A stretch of 64,000 bases of DNA from Dicyema japonicum. Taxonomy: Eukaryota > Animalia > Dicyemida. Every line of letters starts with the position of its first letter. Position 1 is the stretch's first letter. The DNA is taken from positions 1,316,013 to 1,380,012 of the forward strand of contig RDEW01000009.1 in the NCBI GenBank assembly GCA_011109175.1. The letters are read 5' to 3'. This document shows, piece after piece, positions 11,561 to 24,397 of this stretch. Both the position numbers and the translations under genes were made by a program. The notes beneath the pieces are model-generated. The model saw only the letters and a list, made by a program, of their open reading frames with translations, was not told where the DNA came from and did not search any database.

Positions 11561-13199
11561 AAAAATTTGACCTATTTAACTTAAAAAGGTCATTTTTTCA
11601 TTTGACCTATTTAACTTTTCATTAAAACTAAATATCAATTATTATTAATTCTCATCGAGAAAAAATGGCCCGATTATTGAGAGATGCCGGGATCACCTGA
11701 ATATTAGTTATTGGTTAAGACGGTGTTTCTTTGGCTTAAATGATAATAATAATAATCTCACTTCATTCATCATTGACGTGGGTTAGGGATTTCCAGCAAT
11801 TTCTATGGAATTGTATTCCTAATCTTGACCTATAATTCCATAACGGTTTTCCAAATATCAAGTGATCAACTTCAGTCTTTAAAAATTATTAATTTAGAAG
11901 ATAATTAAGATGAAAGTAAAAAAATATCTATAAAATAAATATTAAAAAAATGGTTAATTTTAATGTTTTTAGGTGGTTAACCAATTTAACAATAATACAT
12001 CAGCTATTGATATATATATTTAGTAAGTATTCTGTCGTATTTTTGTTATTGAATTTAATCTGGCTGTTATCAAAATGATCGACGCTCAATTATTTTGGTA
12101 TCTTCTAATCAAGCTGTATTTCTTCAATAACGAGAATTCTACGATTTAATATATTCACATACGAGTTACTGACTTCATTATCGAAATTCTTATACAACAA
12201 TCCAATATATTTATATCATTCCCTGAAACACCATATTGCGGACATCATTGTTATAATAGAATGTTGATTGTTTTTCCTTATATTAACAGAAAGTCTAAAA
12301 TTGCTAATTCTATTGGCTTTAATTATATGAATTCAACTCACATCAGAAAAATTTGTGATTGACCCGAAATGTTGCGATTTCAAGTAAAATGTTTGGAGAA
12401 TATGATTATTATTCGATTTGTTTTTTAAGTATGTTACCGATAAAAATTTCAATCTCGAACCTATCATCAGATCCTTTAGGAGATCGACGGGAGAAGACCA
12501 TCTTTTTTGTATTAAAATGCAGCTAATTCATATTCAGTGTTTGAGTCAGTAACTTGATTCTACAATAGTCATGTTCCTTTTCATTTCCATCGTATGTAAT
12601 CCATCCAAGCAGTATGATGTTACCTCCAATGGACGAGCTACGTACAAAGATACTAATTTACTGCCTGAGAACTTAAATTAGAGTTAATTGTTGACTTGTT
12701 ATTATCGAATTTTTAAATAATATTAATTTATTAAATATCTTTTAGTTCTAGTGCTCTAAGAAATAACTAGATGTCTTCAACATTGATTTAACTTTTTAGA
12801 ATTGAGAGACATGGTAACAGGTGACTAGTGCTTAGAATTCTTAACATAGTTTTAAATATGTCAAATTAAGAATTAATTAAGATAATATTTTATTATCTTG
12901 GGATAATAATATAATTTTTGAATGTCGTTCATAAGTTATGGATGGGTTACGAAAGCTATTTTATTGAATAAGGGACAATATCGATACCATTATCGTAGAG
13001 TTTAAAGCTATAAGTTATGTATTTTCATCAATTTTGCTGAAAAACATCAAGGGATATGTGCGTGTGATTTGACATCACCACAGTGTAGGATCATTCAATA
13101 GGAAGAGGAGAGTTAGTCTTTTGTGGTTATGTAAGCAAAAAATCTACACTTACCGATAAAAGTGACAACATTAAAAGAACGACCTAAATATTCTTACTC

Positions 13200-14340
13200 T
13201 ATATATTTAGGAATCATCATGAACTACTGCATGGAATACCGCTACATCTATAATCCGACACAGTTGATATGATCTCAGGTCGACTTTCATTTTAAATTGA
13301 AACTGTTTATTTGTAGAACTTTTTTCAGCAGTGATTCTCAAATTTTTATTATTTACCTTTTTTGAGGTAATTGCACTATAAAATCGATATTTGTATATCA
13401 AGGACACTTAAGGGAGCTTTGCGCAAGTTGCTTGAATATAATTAGAATATTGTATCCACAACCAACTGTCTAAATACTCTTTTTCAATTTTAGCTACAAT
13501 GTCTCCCCTATGCTCATCTTATAAAGAAAACGTGGAGTTTAATATATTATCTCCAATTCTCATATTTCTTACCCATCCCCACAGTCTTCAAATGCTCATG
13601 GAAGTGATACCCACCATACTTATTTCCACTGATGACTTGTAAAGTCAAATAGGTATTGAGAACTGTAGATTGTAGACAGTAGCTGTAAGAAAAAATACCT
13701 GAATCACAATAAAGGCGAACCATAAATCACAAAGGATTCAAACCTTAATTGTTAGACATTTAACTATACACACGAGAAAATATATACGTGTAGTTGTACA
13801 TATCGATAGCTCAGACCAGGACATGTTAAGTTTTATACTGAGAGACTCCACTGTGAAACAGATCCTCATCTGTGATCAGAGCATTTGGGAATCACAAGGT
13901 TCGAAAAGAAGGGGGTCAAGTTAATATGCAGTATCTAAGTCAACTCCTCTTAGGACTTAAACTACCAATTCGAATAAAGAGAGTGTTACATTAGAGATCT
14001 CCAACAAAAAAATAAGTCTCTGAGGTACGCTTGAATCTGTTTGTCACATTCTAAAATGGATGCAAGCGCATCTCTAAACGTCATAAATGAAACTACATCA
14101 CATCATCTGAAGACGGATTCAGTGTGTCGATAGAGATCTGAGGATGGAAAGCAACCATTAGTAACTGCGAAGACCTTAATGATCTGAAGAGTCTAGAGTC
14201 GAAGATGTAAAGCAAGTACGAAAAATTCATTTTCCTATTGAGTCTTCCAACTCTGGGAACTCCCACATATCCATTGCCGTTTCTGAGGAGAATTAAAGAA
14301 TCATTAAACACGATATTTTACTCATTGACACCTCACAGAT
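13200..14340 (-). pseudogene. Putative endogenous viral element: Mononegavirales-like L protein, capping (PRNTase) region
   Basis: In order on the minus strand: NGNGYVG (GxxT-motif-like position), PKCSDHR (HR at 13869-13874), then FSYSYCLQSTVLNTYLTLQVISGNKYGGYHFH, resembling rhabdovirus L NFDFLFQATLLYAQ...HYH; many stops and frameshifts. Confidence 0.5.
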
Positions 14341-14479
14341 TGCACTGATTTCCATTTCACATAAAACTGAGTAAATTTCATTCAATGAAGTACCTTAAAG
14401 TCGTACAAGCCTAATAAATCATTGGTAAGATCACCACTTACCAATAAAATTGAAAGTTAACTATAATATCTTGGAATTA

Positions 14480-14750
14480 GTACTTGTGGCTACTAAATAC
14501 AGCTTCTCAAGGATTTAGTACCTGTGGCTGTTTCTAGTGACGTTATTAGATCCACCTTACTCAGGGACGTCCAATCCCTTATCGGCATTCAAAAAGATCT
14601 ACCATTTTATTCCACCAGGTGACTGTTTAGCTTTTTGCTAGTAGGACTGGTTTTGACCTACCTAGATGAGGCTCTGCTGGACCGCGTCAGGATCACACTA
14701 TTAGTTAGTTTAATTTTACCCTTTGTCTGGAAAAATTTCATTTATTAATG
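14480..14750 (+). mobile_element. SINE-like element (diverged subfamily B) with HDV-like pseudoknot at 14539-14601
   Basis: GACGTT-att-AGATC-ca-CCT-tactc-AGG-GACGTC...ggcatt-caaaaa-GATCT; 3' part homologous to 54540-54600. Confidence 0.6.
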
Positions 14751-14824
14751 GTATACGAACATTTAACAATACAAGTTCTTGTCAGTCAAGTATTGCCTTA
14801 AGTATGTTAATTAATTAATTTGAC

Positions 14825-15060
14825 ATACTCTATTTTTTTTATTTTTTTTACAAAAAATTTTTTTAACAATTAAACAAATGTCAGTTGAGGAAGCCTGTTG
14901 CGTGGATTGCGAACGAGTTCCCTCGGAGTATGGCTATTCAATCTTTTGTCTTAGCCATAACCATTCTCGTTGATCCTTTTCTTTCTGGCAACAGCAATCC
15001 TCCGAGTTCTCGCAAGAACTCAGCCGTCATTGACCAACGGCTCGCGATGATTCGGTCGCA
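14825..15060 (-). mobile_element. 3' end of a CRE-clade (RLE) non-LTR retrotransposon
   Basis: Minus strand AEFLRELGGL...ENGYG/WLRQKIEIAILRGNSFAIH plus A-rich tail; other copies at 31955-32100 and 54052-54290. Confidence 0.75.
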
Positions 15061-15413
15061 ACAGGAGTAAATCGGTAGCGATCCCCGATACTTCATTGTA
15101 ATAAATAATTATCCGATCAATATTTGAAAATTGGCGACTGATATTTTATTGACGCAGATAAAGGCTGGAAATGGCAGTAATCAGAGGGAAGGCTCACATT
15201 ATCTGTGCCTCTTAGTTAAATCACTTTAGTTTATAATTTCTTTTCGTTATTCACGTCAAATTTCCAGTAATTAGGTCCGTGTATTCTAGACTTTTTATTT
15301 TAATTGAAAAAACAACAAATGGCTTTGTTTTTATGTGTTCTCAATTATAAAATAATTAACAAAGCATGTGTTGTAATATTCGTGTATATTAGAGGCTATG
15401 GAAACCATGATTA

Positions 15414-15906
15414 ATGTTGGATTCACGAATATTCGCAGTTATATTAGTCGCGACAATCGCATCAAAAGGTGGTGATAGTTTGCAACTTAGACTGCTTTGA
15501 TGGGAGTTGTTATACTTTAGTAAGAGAAGCCCGAAATTTATGCTGATGCCAAAAAAATATTGCGAAAATATGGGAGGAAATTTGGCCAATGTCGACAACG
15601 AGGAAAACCTCAAAGTTTATTTATAGTTGATAGAATACAAATAAATTTCTTAGATAAATTTTTCACTCCATATAGAACGGTATTTTACATTGCAGTCAAC
15701 GATATTGAAAAAGAAGGGACATTCGTGGATTCTTATGGAAATGTGCAAGTAGGAATATGATATAATAAGAAATATTTGAAATGGAGAAGAGGTGAACCAA
15801 ACAATGCTGGGAACGAAGACTGTGTATACGTTAGTTGGGGTGGATCTTGGTATGATCAAAATGTTTTAAGAAGCATTCTTTTCTTTGTGAAACTGATGGT
15901 TATTGA
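15414..15906 (+). pseudogene. Secreted C-type lectin (EPN type) with three 1-nt frameshifts
   Basis: MLDSRIFAVILVATIASK, CFDGSCY, AKKYCENMGGNLA, FYIAVNDIEKEGTFV, WRRGEPNNAGNEDCV, WYD, FLCE; mini-introns present. Confidence 0.8.
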
Positions 15907-17599
15907 TTGTATAATCGATAGATGAGTCAATTACCGGTTGCTTTAATTAATTACTGATCTTTCCTTAAATTTCTGGTTTTTGTTGAGTTTTAAGCTTGTA
16001 AAGATCATATAATCAATATTTTAGCTTAGCAATGATTTTTGACTATTACATAGAGTAAACCCATATAAGCTACAATTCAAACACGTGTTTGTGGATGATC
16101 ATGTTAACAATGAATTGTAGAAAGAGTTTCAACCTCTTGTCATTGTTACCCAGATATAGTTATTTATGAAACCCCAAGAACACCATCAAAAAAGGTTAAA
16201 TCAACTAATTATGTGCTCAAGGATCATATCTAACAAAATCTATCAGAGCATTTCATCAGTGACCAAACCACCAACAATAATTTTTTGATTTAATTTAAAC
16301 GTGTTTTTAGTGTTATTTCGTTTATATCTGAAATTACAAGCCCCTCTATTAAGCCAAAAAATTATTTAATGCTGACATCAATTGTGGCTGATTTAATTAA
16401 GCATCTTATTATGTGAGTACATTTTGGTTTATGTTGTAGTATTCGTGGTGAAATAAAGATGTTCCTTATAAAGTAAATAGTCTCTTCATGCGATCTAAAC
16501 TTTTTGAAAATATTCCTCTTCCGCGTGAAAGCGCATAGCTTAAGGTTAAGTTCTATATTATGAATTGTGATAATGCTTATGTCATTCAGCGAAAATCTGA
16601 GTGAAACTGTCTGTTCTTTAACTACATCTATTATATTCGATTCATCCCCTCATCGTTATTTTTGAAATGAAATTATTCTTTCTTAGACAAGGTTCAGCAG
16701 TACGATTCAGTTGAAAAACTAGTATATTATTTTTTAATCAATATAAATTTGAATTAATTAACACCAATTTATATCCCTGAAAAAAAACGATCAAGTTTAT
16801 TCCTGAAAAAACATCACTTCAACGGTTGACCTAATTTTATTAGGTTGCTATCTTTTAATACTGTCCTTACTCTTATTATCTTTAACCAGCAGGATCTGTG
16901 AGTTATGAATTAATCCTTAGTGATCCGGATGACTGAACTAATCTGAAATCGGATTAAGATATGTTTTTGAAAAAGAAAGAGTTTCTTGAGAGCAATTTGG
17001 ATGCAAGAAGGCCTGTCTCAACAGGGCTAGAAGTCATTCATCAAATGCTTGGTTGAATTTTATGTGATGAAATTGGCAACGTTCTGACGATGAGGCAGTG
17101 AGAAAAGTAGCTTCACTTTGTCTTGACCATAAAGTTTGTGCTAAAATGAAAATATCATTGTGGACGTTAGATGATGGTTATCATCCTTTAAGCTGATGTA
17201 CGGATGTCCCCATAAATGCGGTTTCAAATTGACTTAATAATGCACTTTCCTCTGCTGGCCACCACTAGTTTATTCCTTAGTAATGGAAAACGCATCGATG
17301 GGATGACGATTTTCCCACTCGCTAATTGTCGAAACATTGTTTGGGACGCTATGCATGTTAAAGTATATTTTCCGAAAAATTTGGCTCCATCAGCCTAGGA
17401 TCAAGTCCATTCATATATGGAGCCGAGGATCATTAGGGTCACCAATGATCTCGAGAGACTGGATGGGTTCGAGATCGTATCTTGCAATGTGAATAGCTTG
17501 GTGATTTAAGTCATGTGATATAATAATTACTTTAAAATATTTTGGACGATATACAGACACTTTAAAATATTTTGGACCATACATCAGGAAGAATCCTTC

Positions 17600-18110
17600 T
17601 CGTTAACTAGATGCTTTCGGTGATGTTTCTGATTTTCTTTTCTACCTATATGCACTGGTAAAAAAACTGTGGAATTGGGCCTATTCTCGGGACAGCGTTT
17701 TCTCTTAGTTTCCGGAAAGATTGTTGTCGATTTGTGATTGGAAATATTTAAGCAGAGTTGTCTCCTTCACAGATGATAACGAGATAATAAGGAGTCTTCT
17801 ACTATGCAATAAGTATGGCATTCGCCACACCAGAAAGTTGCGGACTCAAAAGGTGCAATCTGTAGTTGAGAACAGCGAGGTCCAAATCAAGGTAGACAGA
17901 GGTATCCAATCTCGGTGCTAGCCAACGACTGCAAGCAATACATTGTGGTACACGACTACATCTTGAAATTGACCTTGAAGATTCTCAACCAAAAAAGGCT
18001 GAAACAGTGCCCGGAAAATGTATGGGCCTTCTTGCTTATAATGGCGTTCAGGAAAATGTTTGGGCCTTCTATCCTCAATAAGACCGAAGAGAACAGCCGA
18101 TTAATTTAAT
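17600..18110 (+). pseudogene. Putative endogenous viral element: L-protein N-terminal region; paralog of 29050-29455
   Basis: Clear nucleotide homology to the reverse complement of 29060-29230 (atgcaataagtatgg...ccacaccagaaagtt...aaggtgcaatctgtagtt). LVKKLWNWAYS and KVQSVV...CKQYIVVHDY resemble L domain I. Confidence 0.35.
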
Positions 18111-18119
18111 CTCACATTG

Positions 18120-18995
18120 AGATGTCAGTGAGGGCTTAAAAAGGATGAACAAGTTATCATTGAAGGCTTTAACACAAATCCTCGTCACCTCAAAACAGTC
18201 ATTTGCTCGATCGATTTGCAAAAGGCCTTCGACTCTGTCTCAAGGAAAATCATAACCGGAAATTGTTTGTTCTCCCCGTCAACCCCAATATAATACTTTG
18301 GCTTTTCACTTCGTCAATGGAAGAAGGGCCCGTTTATACATTGATGAAACCAAATCAGTTTCAAGAATACTACCCAATTGTGTCCCACAAAGTTCCTCTT
18401 TATCACCCGCCTTATTTAACTTATACATGTCCGATTTACCACGACCCATGATAAAGACGATTTTCTCCTATCATATGCTGATACCAATTAGTCGGATCCC
18501 ACGATCAAGATATCTCCAAGGCATCAGAAAGTCTGGGGATCACCTTCAACACACACATGTCGTTTGCATCTCACGTCGACGAAATCTCTGGAAATGCTCA
18601 AAAAAGCAAAGGATAATCAAAACTATTTTCGGTGGCTTTGAAATTGTTGTACAAACAATTCATTGAGCCATCTGTCAGCTATACGTGTACGTCATGGGGA
18701 ATCAATCTTCCTGGACGAACAATCAAAAATCCGGGACATTCAGGCCTTAACAGCCACTACTACTAGCAATCTCGGAAAACTAGAAAAACCAATAACCTTA
18801 TCACTTGAAGACCTTATCCTACAAAATGGAAAGGGATTTGCTACTCTGTGCAGGCAGTGCAACTCTAAACAATACACAACCACGACGTGTATTATGAGAA
18901 GGGTATACATCATCTTTCTCCAATTCCTATCCCGAAACCACCCAGCCCACAGAGAAGTTGTGTTGGATCCCAGAAGGCGCACGAGGAGAAAATGA
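18120..18995 (+). mobile_element. I/Jockey-like LINE RT, decayed
   Basis: KAFDSV, VPQSSSLSPALFNLYMSDLP, SYAD and downstream SRNHPAH. Confidence 0.75.
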
Positions 18996-19009
18996 GAAAT
19001 CTGATTGAG

Positions 19010-19300
19010 GCCTTCGAGTTCACTTAATTTCTCGATTGGGTTGAACACTCAACTATATGTTGCTAGTCACATGATAACATGCCCCACAAATTCTGGTTCT
19101 TCAAATACGACTTTACTTTTTGAGTGTGATAGGGCATTATCAATTACAACCACTAATTATCCGTCCTTAGTAAGCATTCGCTTAACTGAGTCATTCTGAC
19201 TCAATTCCAAGCACTCTCCATTTTAGAAATATCTCTGCCAACATTGTTATGCAAGATTCCAATCTGCCGATACATCCAGTGATGTGGATACTTGCACATT
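19010..19300 (-). mobile_element. Tc1/IS630-type DDE transposase remnant
   Basis: LVVVIDNALSHSK...LATYS*VFNPIEK matches the DNA.SH / PYSPDLNPIE motifs. Confidence 0.6.
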
Positions 19301-19884
19301 TGGACCCCGCAGCTATCAGTTACACGACGAATCCTCCATTCTGATTGAGCAGTATGGAAATTGTGATTACTCTAATACATTAACAGACTAGGTGTATTGC
19401 TTGATTGTCGAAAGGGTAGCTGCAGTGAAATTCTTTTCTCCTCATTATCATCATAAGTTTTTCGAAATTTGTTCTTTTAAATTCCTTAACTAATTTACAA
19501 GTCTCTTTCTAAATCATAAAATTTTCAAATTCGATAAAAAGTAAAAATCATAAATTAATTAATATGCAAAACAAATTGTATGTATAGCTAAACAGATTGG
19601 GACAACAAATCTATGAAATAAGATTTCAGCGAAGTTCAGAATATTAAAGTGAAATATGTTTTTTATTGTTTAATCCTTATCTCCTCCAACAAATCATTGA
19701 GCCATCTGTCATCCATGCCAATCCCATTTCACCCACATTGCTGTGGAGACACATTGCTGTGAGAACTAGAAGAGCATCAGTTCACTATTAAAGTGACTGA
19801 GGAAAGTCCTTTCCTAAAAGTCTTCCTGCATGAATATAACCTCTCTTAATTTGCAGGTTTGAGAATCGTAAGCAGTTGCCGTAT

Positions 19885-20157
19885 TATAATTATTATTATT
19901 ATTATTACCCCCAGGATCACTGGGTCAAAGAGAAAGAAATAAAAGTTCTCATCTAACTAAGTGATCCCAGACCGACAAAGGTGAGGACGAGTCCGGCGGG
20001 GTCGAGAATCCTGAACAGCTCTTCTCATAGGACATGGCATCGGCTCACAATTTCTGTATGATTGTAGATAATTCGATAGTATTTGGAATAGAGGGCAGCT
20101 CGGTAGAACAGCCTCCTTTAATAGTTTTCGTTGTATTTCAATTAAAAAATTTTCAAT
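19885..20157 (-). mobile_element. LINE 3' end (...RSGIT* plus tail with (TAA)n), abutting the assembly gap
   Basis: tctgggatcacttag...cctgggggtaataataataata. Confidence 0.6.
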
Positions 20158-21132
20158 NNNNNNNNNNNNNNNNNNNNNNNNNNNNNNNNNNNNNNNNNNN
20201 NNNNNNNNNNNNNNNNNNNNNNNNNNNNNNNNNNNNNNNNNNNNNNNNNNNNNNNNNNNNNNNNNNNNNNNNNNNNNNNNNNNNNNNNNNNNNNNNNNNN
20301 NNNNNNNNNNNNNNNNNNNNNNNNNNNNNNNNNNNNNNNNNNNNNNNNNNNNNNNNNNNNNNNNNNNNNNNNNNNNNNNNNNNNNNNNNNNNNNNNNNNN
20401 NNNNNNNNNNNNNNNNNNNNNNNNNNNNNNNNNNNNNNNNNNNNNNNNNNNNNNNNNNNNNNNNNNNNNNNNNNNNNNNNNNNNNNNNNNNNNNNNNNNN
20501 NNNNNNNNNNNNNNNNNNNNNNNNNNNNNNNNNNNNNNNNNNNNNNNNNNNNNNNNNNNNNNNNNNNNNNNNNNNNNNNNNNNNNNNNNNNNNNNNNNNN
20601 NNNNNNNNNNNNNNNNNNNNNNNNNNNNNNNNNNNNNNNNNNNNNNNNNNNNNNNNNNNNNNNNNNNNNNNNNNNNNNNNNNNNNNNNNNNNNNNNNNNN
20701 NNNNNNNNNNNNNNNNNNNNNNNNNNNNNNNNNNNNNNNNNNNNNNNNNNNNNNNNNNNNNNNNNNNNNNNNNNNNNNNNNNNNNNNNNNNNNNNNNNNN
20801 NNNNNNNNNNNNNNNNNNNNNNNNNNNNNNNNNNNNNNNNNNNNNNNNNNNNNNNNNNNNNNNNNNNNNNNNNNNNNNNNNNNNNNNNNNNNNNNNNNNN
20901 NNNNNNNNNNNNNNNNNNNNNNNNNNNNNNNNNNNNNNNNNNNNNNNNNNNNNNNNNNNNNNNNNNNNNNNNNNNNNNNNNNNNNNNNNNNNNNNNNNNN
21001 NNNNNNNNNNNNNNNNNNNNNNNNNNNNNNNNNNNNNNNNNNNNNNNNNNNNNNNNNNNNNNNNNNNNNNNNNNNNNNNNNNNNNNNNNNNNNNNNNNNN
21101 NNNNNNNNNNNNNNNNNNNNNNNNNNNNNNNN
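20158..21132. other. Assembly gap (N run)
   Basis: Run of N. Confidence 1.
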
Positions 21133-22127
21133 AATGACAAAATGCAACTTCAATTGTGAAGAAACGGAGATACAATAATCCATCCCACAGATACTTTAAA
21201 AATATTCAAAGCAGTCATTATGATTTTTTACTTTTTAGGAACAATGTAAGTAAACCCATTCAAGTTTGTAACACCTGAATACATTTTATTGCATAAAATT
21301 GCTTAATGATCAATGAATAGTGTTGGAGATTTATTGAACAACTCTGTGATATATAATTCAAATAATGACAAACTTTATTAAACGTAAAAATCAAAGAAAA
21401 TGCCAAGAGTTGTGCAATGCGGCCTCCTAAATTGAATATTTTTGTTTGTTTCTTTTGTTCCTTCTCTTCCCTTTTGTCTCTAGGGAGCTTAAATCGTTGT
21501 CGTGCGTCATGTGGTTCACCAATGATCCTAAATTATATCCAAAAAGACCATTAGTCAACAACCATCCAGAGTAGTCCACCCTAGACTGCACTTCCTTTAA
21601 GTCAGAGCATGCGAAGACTTCTAAGAGAGACCGGGATAACCTGAATTTTTTCATTCTAGTTATTACGGTGTTTTTTGGTACAATTTATTTAATTTGCTCA
21701 AAAATATTAAAATTACTCAAAATCGATCCCCGCCGACATAATTGACGTTGAGTCGCTTTTCGCGATCATGAAAGAGATCAATTGAAGAACCTTCCAGTCT
21801 CACGTGCGTCGTGGCTTTTTAGTGTATCAAGGCGTCCAATTTTTTTTAGGAACGAAGCGATTTCCGCTTCAACAATATACCGCGCTCCGATAATGTTGAA
21901 GGAGCGAAGGGGTTCGACGCACGTAGGAACCCATACAAAGGTTTCAATTATTTGATCAATCGAATTTTTTTTATCTCAAAGGAAGGAATATAAGAATTAA
22001 TGTGGTATTAAAAACATTCAACAGAAAACCATTAACTTGCTTGTCAGTGTGGCAGAAATAGGATAATTCGGAAAAATAAAATCCAAATAACTTGGTTATT
22101 AACAGAATTTGACAATATCGATTTTCC

Positions 22128-22407
22128 CTAATTGTTTGTTACTTTTTGTTAACAAAAGCGACACGTTTTTACATTGAAAATACATGATAATATGGTTAGT
22201 TAAGTAACCATGGCCTCACAAACTTGTAGGAGGCCTGCAGCTATTAAATAAGACGCAGCAAATGCTGCTAATTGTTTGTTACTTTTTGTTAACAAAAGCG
22301 ACACGTTTTTACATTGAAAATACATGATAATATGGTTAGTTAAGTAACCATGGCCTCACAAACTTGTAGGAGGCCTGCAGCTATTAAATAAGACGCAGCA
22401 AATGCTG
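22128..22407. repeat. Exact 140-bp tandem duplication (likely assembly artefact)
   Basis: 22128-22267 equals 22268-22407. Confidence 0.9.
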
Positions 22408-22689
22408 GTCGCTACCATAGATTGGTCACTCCTTTCATTGTTGACTAACGTTGTTATAATTCATGACATTCAAATATGTGATTTTTTGTCAACTCTGAGA
22501 GGTAATAAAAATGTTTGGGTTAACTTAACTCGAATATCAAACATAATTAAGATAAAAATACATAACTCACACACTGGAGATTTCTGTGAACACTGTTTTA
22601 TATTTGAGCGAATTTTGTTTACACTCCTGTGAAGGAATGGCTAGTTAATCAAGGGGATGTTTTATGACAGATTGATTGTTTCTTAATCT

Positions 22690-23830
22690 AATAAATAAAC
22701 TGTCAAACATGACAAATTTACTCTCTAAAGACTCTCAACCAACAGAGAGTATGACAACCACTGAGGAATCTAGAGAGCCATTTAATTCCAAGTTAGTTTT
22801 TATTACAAGATGTCCATTAGGGTCAGCAGGCTTTAATCAAGCAATGGGAGTTACCCCTTTAATCCTGTGATTAATGCACTCTTTGGATTGTGACGTTTAT
22901 ACTAAAATATACAATAGATTGTTAACATTTGAAAGTATTAGTAATCAAACAAGAATTCATTGTCAAGCACAAACTAATTTCTTGACGTTCTTCCCGCATG
23001 CTTCAACATAAACGTCGGCTAGGTAGCAGTAAGGGTCATCAGGTAATTCCATATCATAGCAACTTTCTTCATTATCAACTAATATTTGAAAAAATAAATA
23101 TTAACTTTTTGGTGAAAACATAACTAGTAAAAGGAATAGCAGTTGCATTTGTTATCCGACGCGATGAACGGTTAAATACTCGAGAAGGCCGTATTTAGTG
23201 TAATTAAACATGCAATTTCAAAAACCACTAAATTAAATTCTCAGAGAAGGAATATTTGAAGTACCATAAGCTTTGCTTTAAGGTCTCATACTTGGGTCTT
23301 TATCATCATTCCTCAGTAGCATACCTTCCTTAGACATAGCATCGCCATAAAGGTTTTCTGCATCTAGCTTCATTATCTTTAACTTTGTAGACTTTGGAGA
23401 CACACCGCTTGTAATGAAGAGTTCGAATGGAATTTCCGAGATCATGACAGGTTCCTGAGTTACACTAGGTTCCAGGATAATATATTCAGAGATATTAAAA
23501 CTGTATTATCTTATTGAAATCTTCTCCACAAGCATTTGATCAAGCAAGTCATGCAGCCAAATCTATCTGAAGCTGTTTCAGTAGGGCCACATGTCACTCG
23601 CTGTCGAAAGTCTCGAAAATGTAAAGACGAATGACACTGAAATGGCACTTATAAGCACGCGCCTGACTATCTCAGAATTGAGGTAAAATAAGTTTCACCA
23701 CAAACTATTCCTGGGATAAATATGTCCATGGAGTATATCTTGGATAACGTCACTCTCTCATTATGTGAATTGGGGAAATTTGACAGTCTTCCTTAGAGAT
23801 ATCTTGGTCTAGGATCGAACTTCTAAAAAT
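22690..23830 (-). pseudogene. Putative endogenous viral element: rhabdovirus-like class III glycoprotein G
   Basis: Colinear motifs: ISPIHIMRE*RYP (cf. rabies SPIDIHHLSCP); VVKLILPQF*DSQARAYKCH (cf. VSV IQVKMPKSHKAIQADGWMCH); YVEACGKNVKKL (cf. KLKLCGVLGLRL); VTPIA*LKPADPNGH...LNGSL (cf. ISPVDLSYLAPKNPG...INGTL). Intronless, many stops. Confidence 0.55.
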
Positions 23831-24397
23831 TATGTTCAGGGGGTCCACGCCATGTACCTTGTTATGGCTGAAAATAGGTACTTCTCTCGTGAAACAATTC
23901 TCCATCCGCCTTTCCAAATTGGTAAATCTAGTACCTTGGCATATAATTTTTTGGATGACTTCCAGAAGATTGAATTACTTTTATCAAGTTTTTGATTTCA
24001 TCCAACACATCAGTCAACAAACTCCGAGTAGGCGATGGGCAGCAAATTTGTGTTAGAAACCACTTGTTACCATAAAGATATCAACGAAGATCGATGCAGA
24101 TACCCATGATTGGGTCATTTTTATAAGATCAGTAATCATGTTACATTTCCTCAGTTTTTGTAAGTTAAAGCGGTAAAAATTTCCATTTTACATAACATTC
24201 GCATGATTATTTAGTAATGTATTTGTTGGATACAAGTTTGGGCATTTTGTAAATCCAGCAGGACCAATAGGTGTTCTTGAGCCGATACCAATACAATTTT
24301 TCGAATTGGAAGAACAGACAACTGTCCAGAGCAATCCATTTCTATTAAGTAAAAACAGAACATCATTTAGCATAGATTCTGCATGGTCCATAAAGGA

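Noticed and set aside
14870-15060. Possible small Cys-rich gene or ncRNA repeat (MSVEEACCVDC...)
   Set aside because: It is the antisense of a CRE retrotransposon C-terminus with an A-rich tail.
19957-21183. Long ORFs of 332-408 aa in the ORF track
   Set aside because: They are runs of X across the N gap.
22690-23830. Alternative genetic code suggested by frequent in-frame TGA
   Set aside because: TAA and TAG stops and frameshifts also occur, and host genes use TGA as a stop; ordinary decay explains it.
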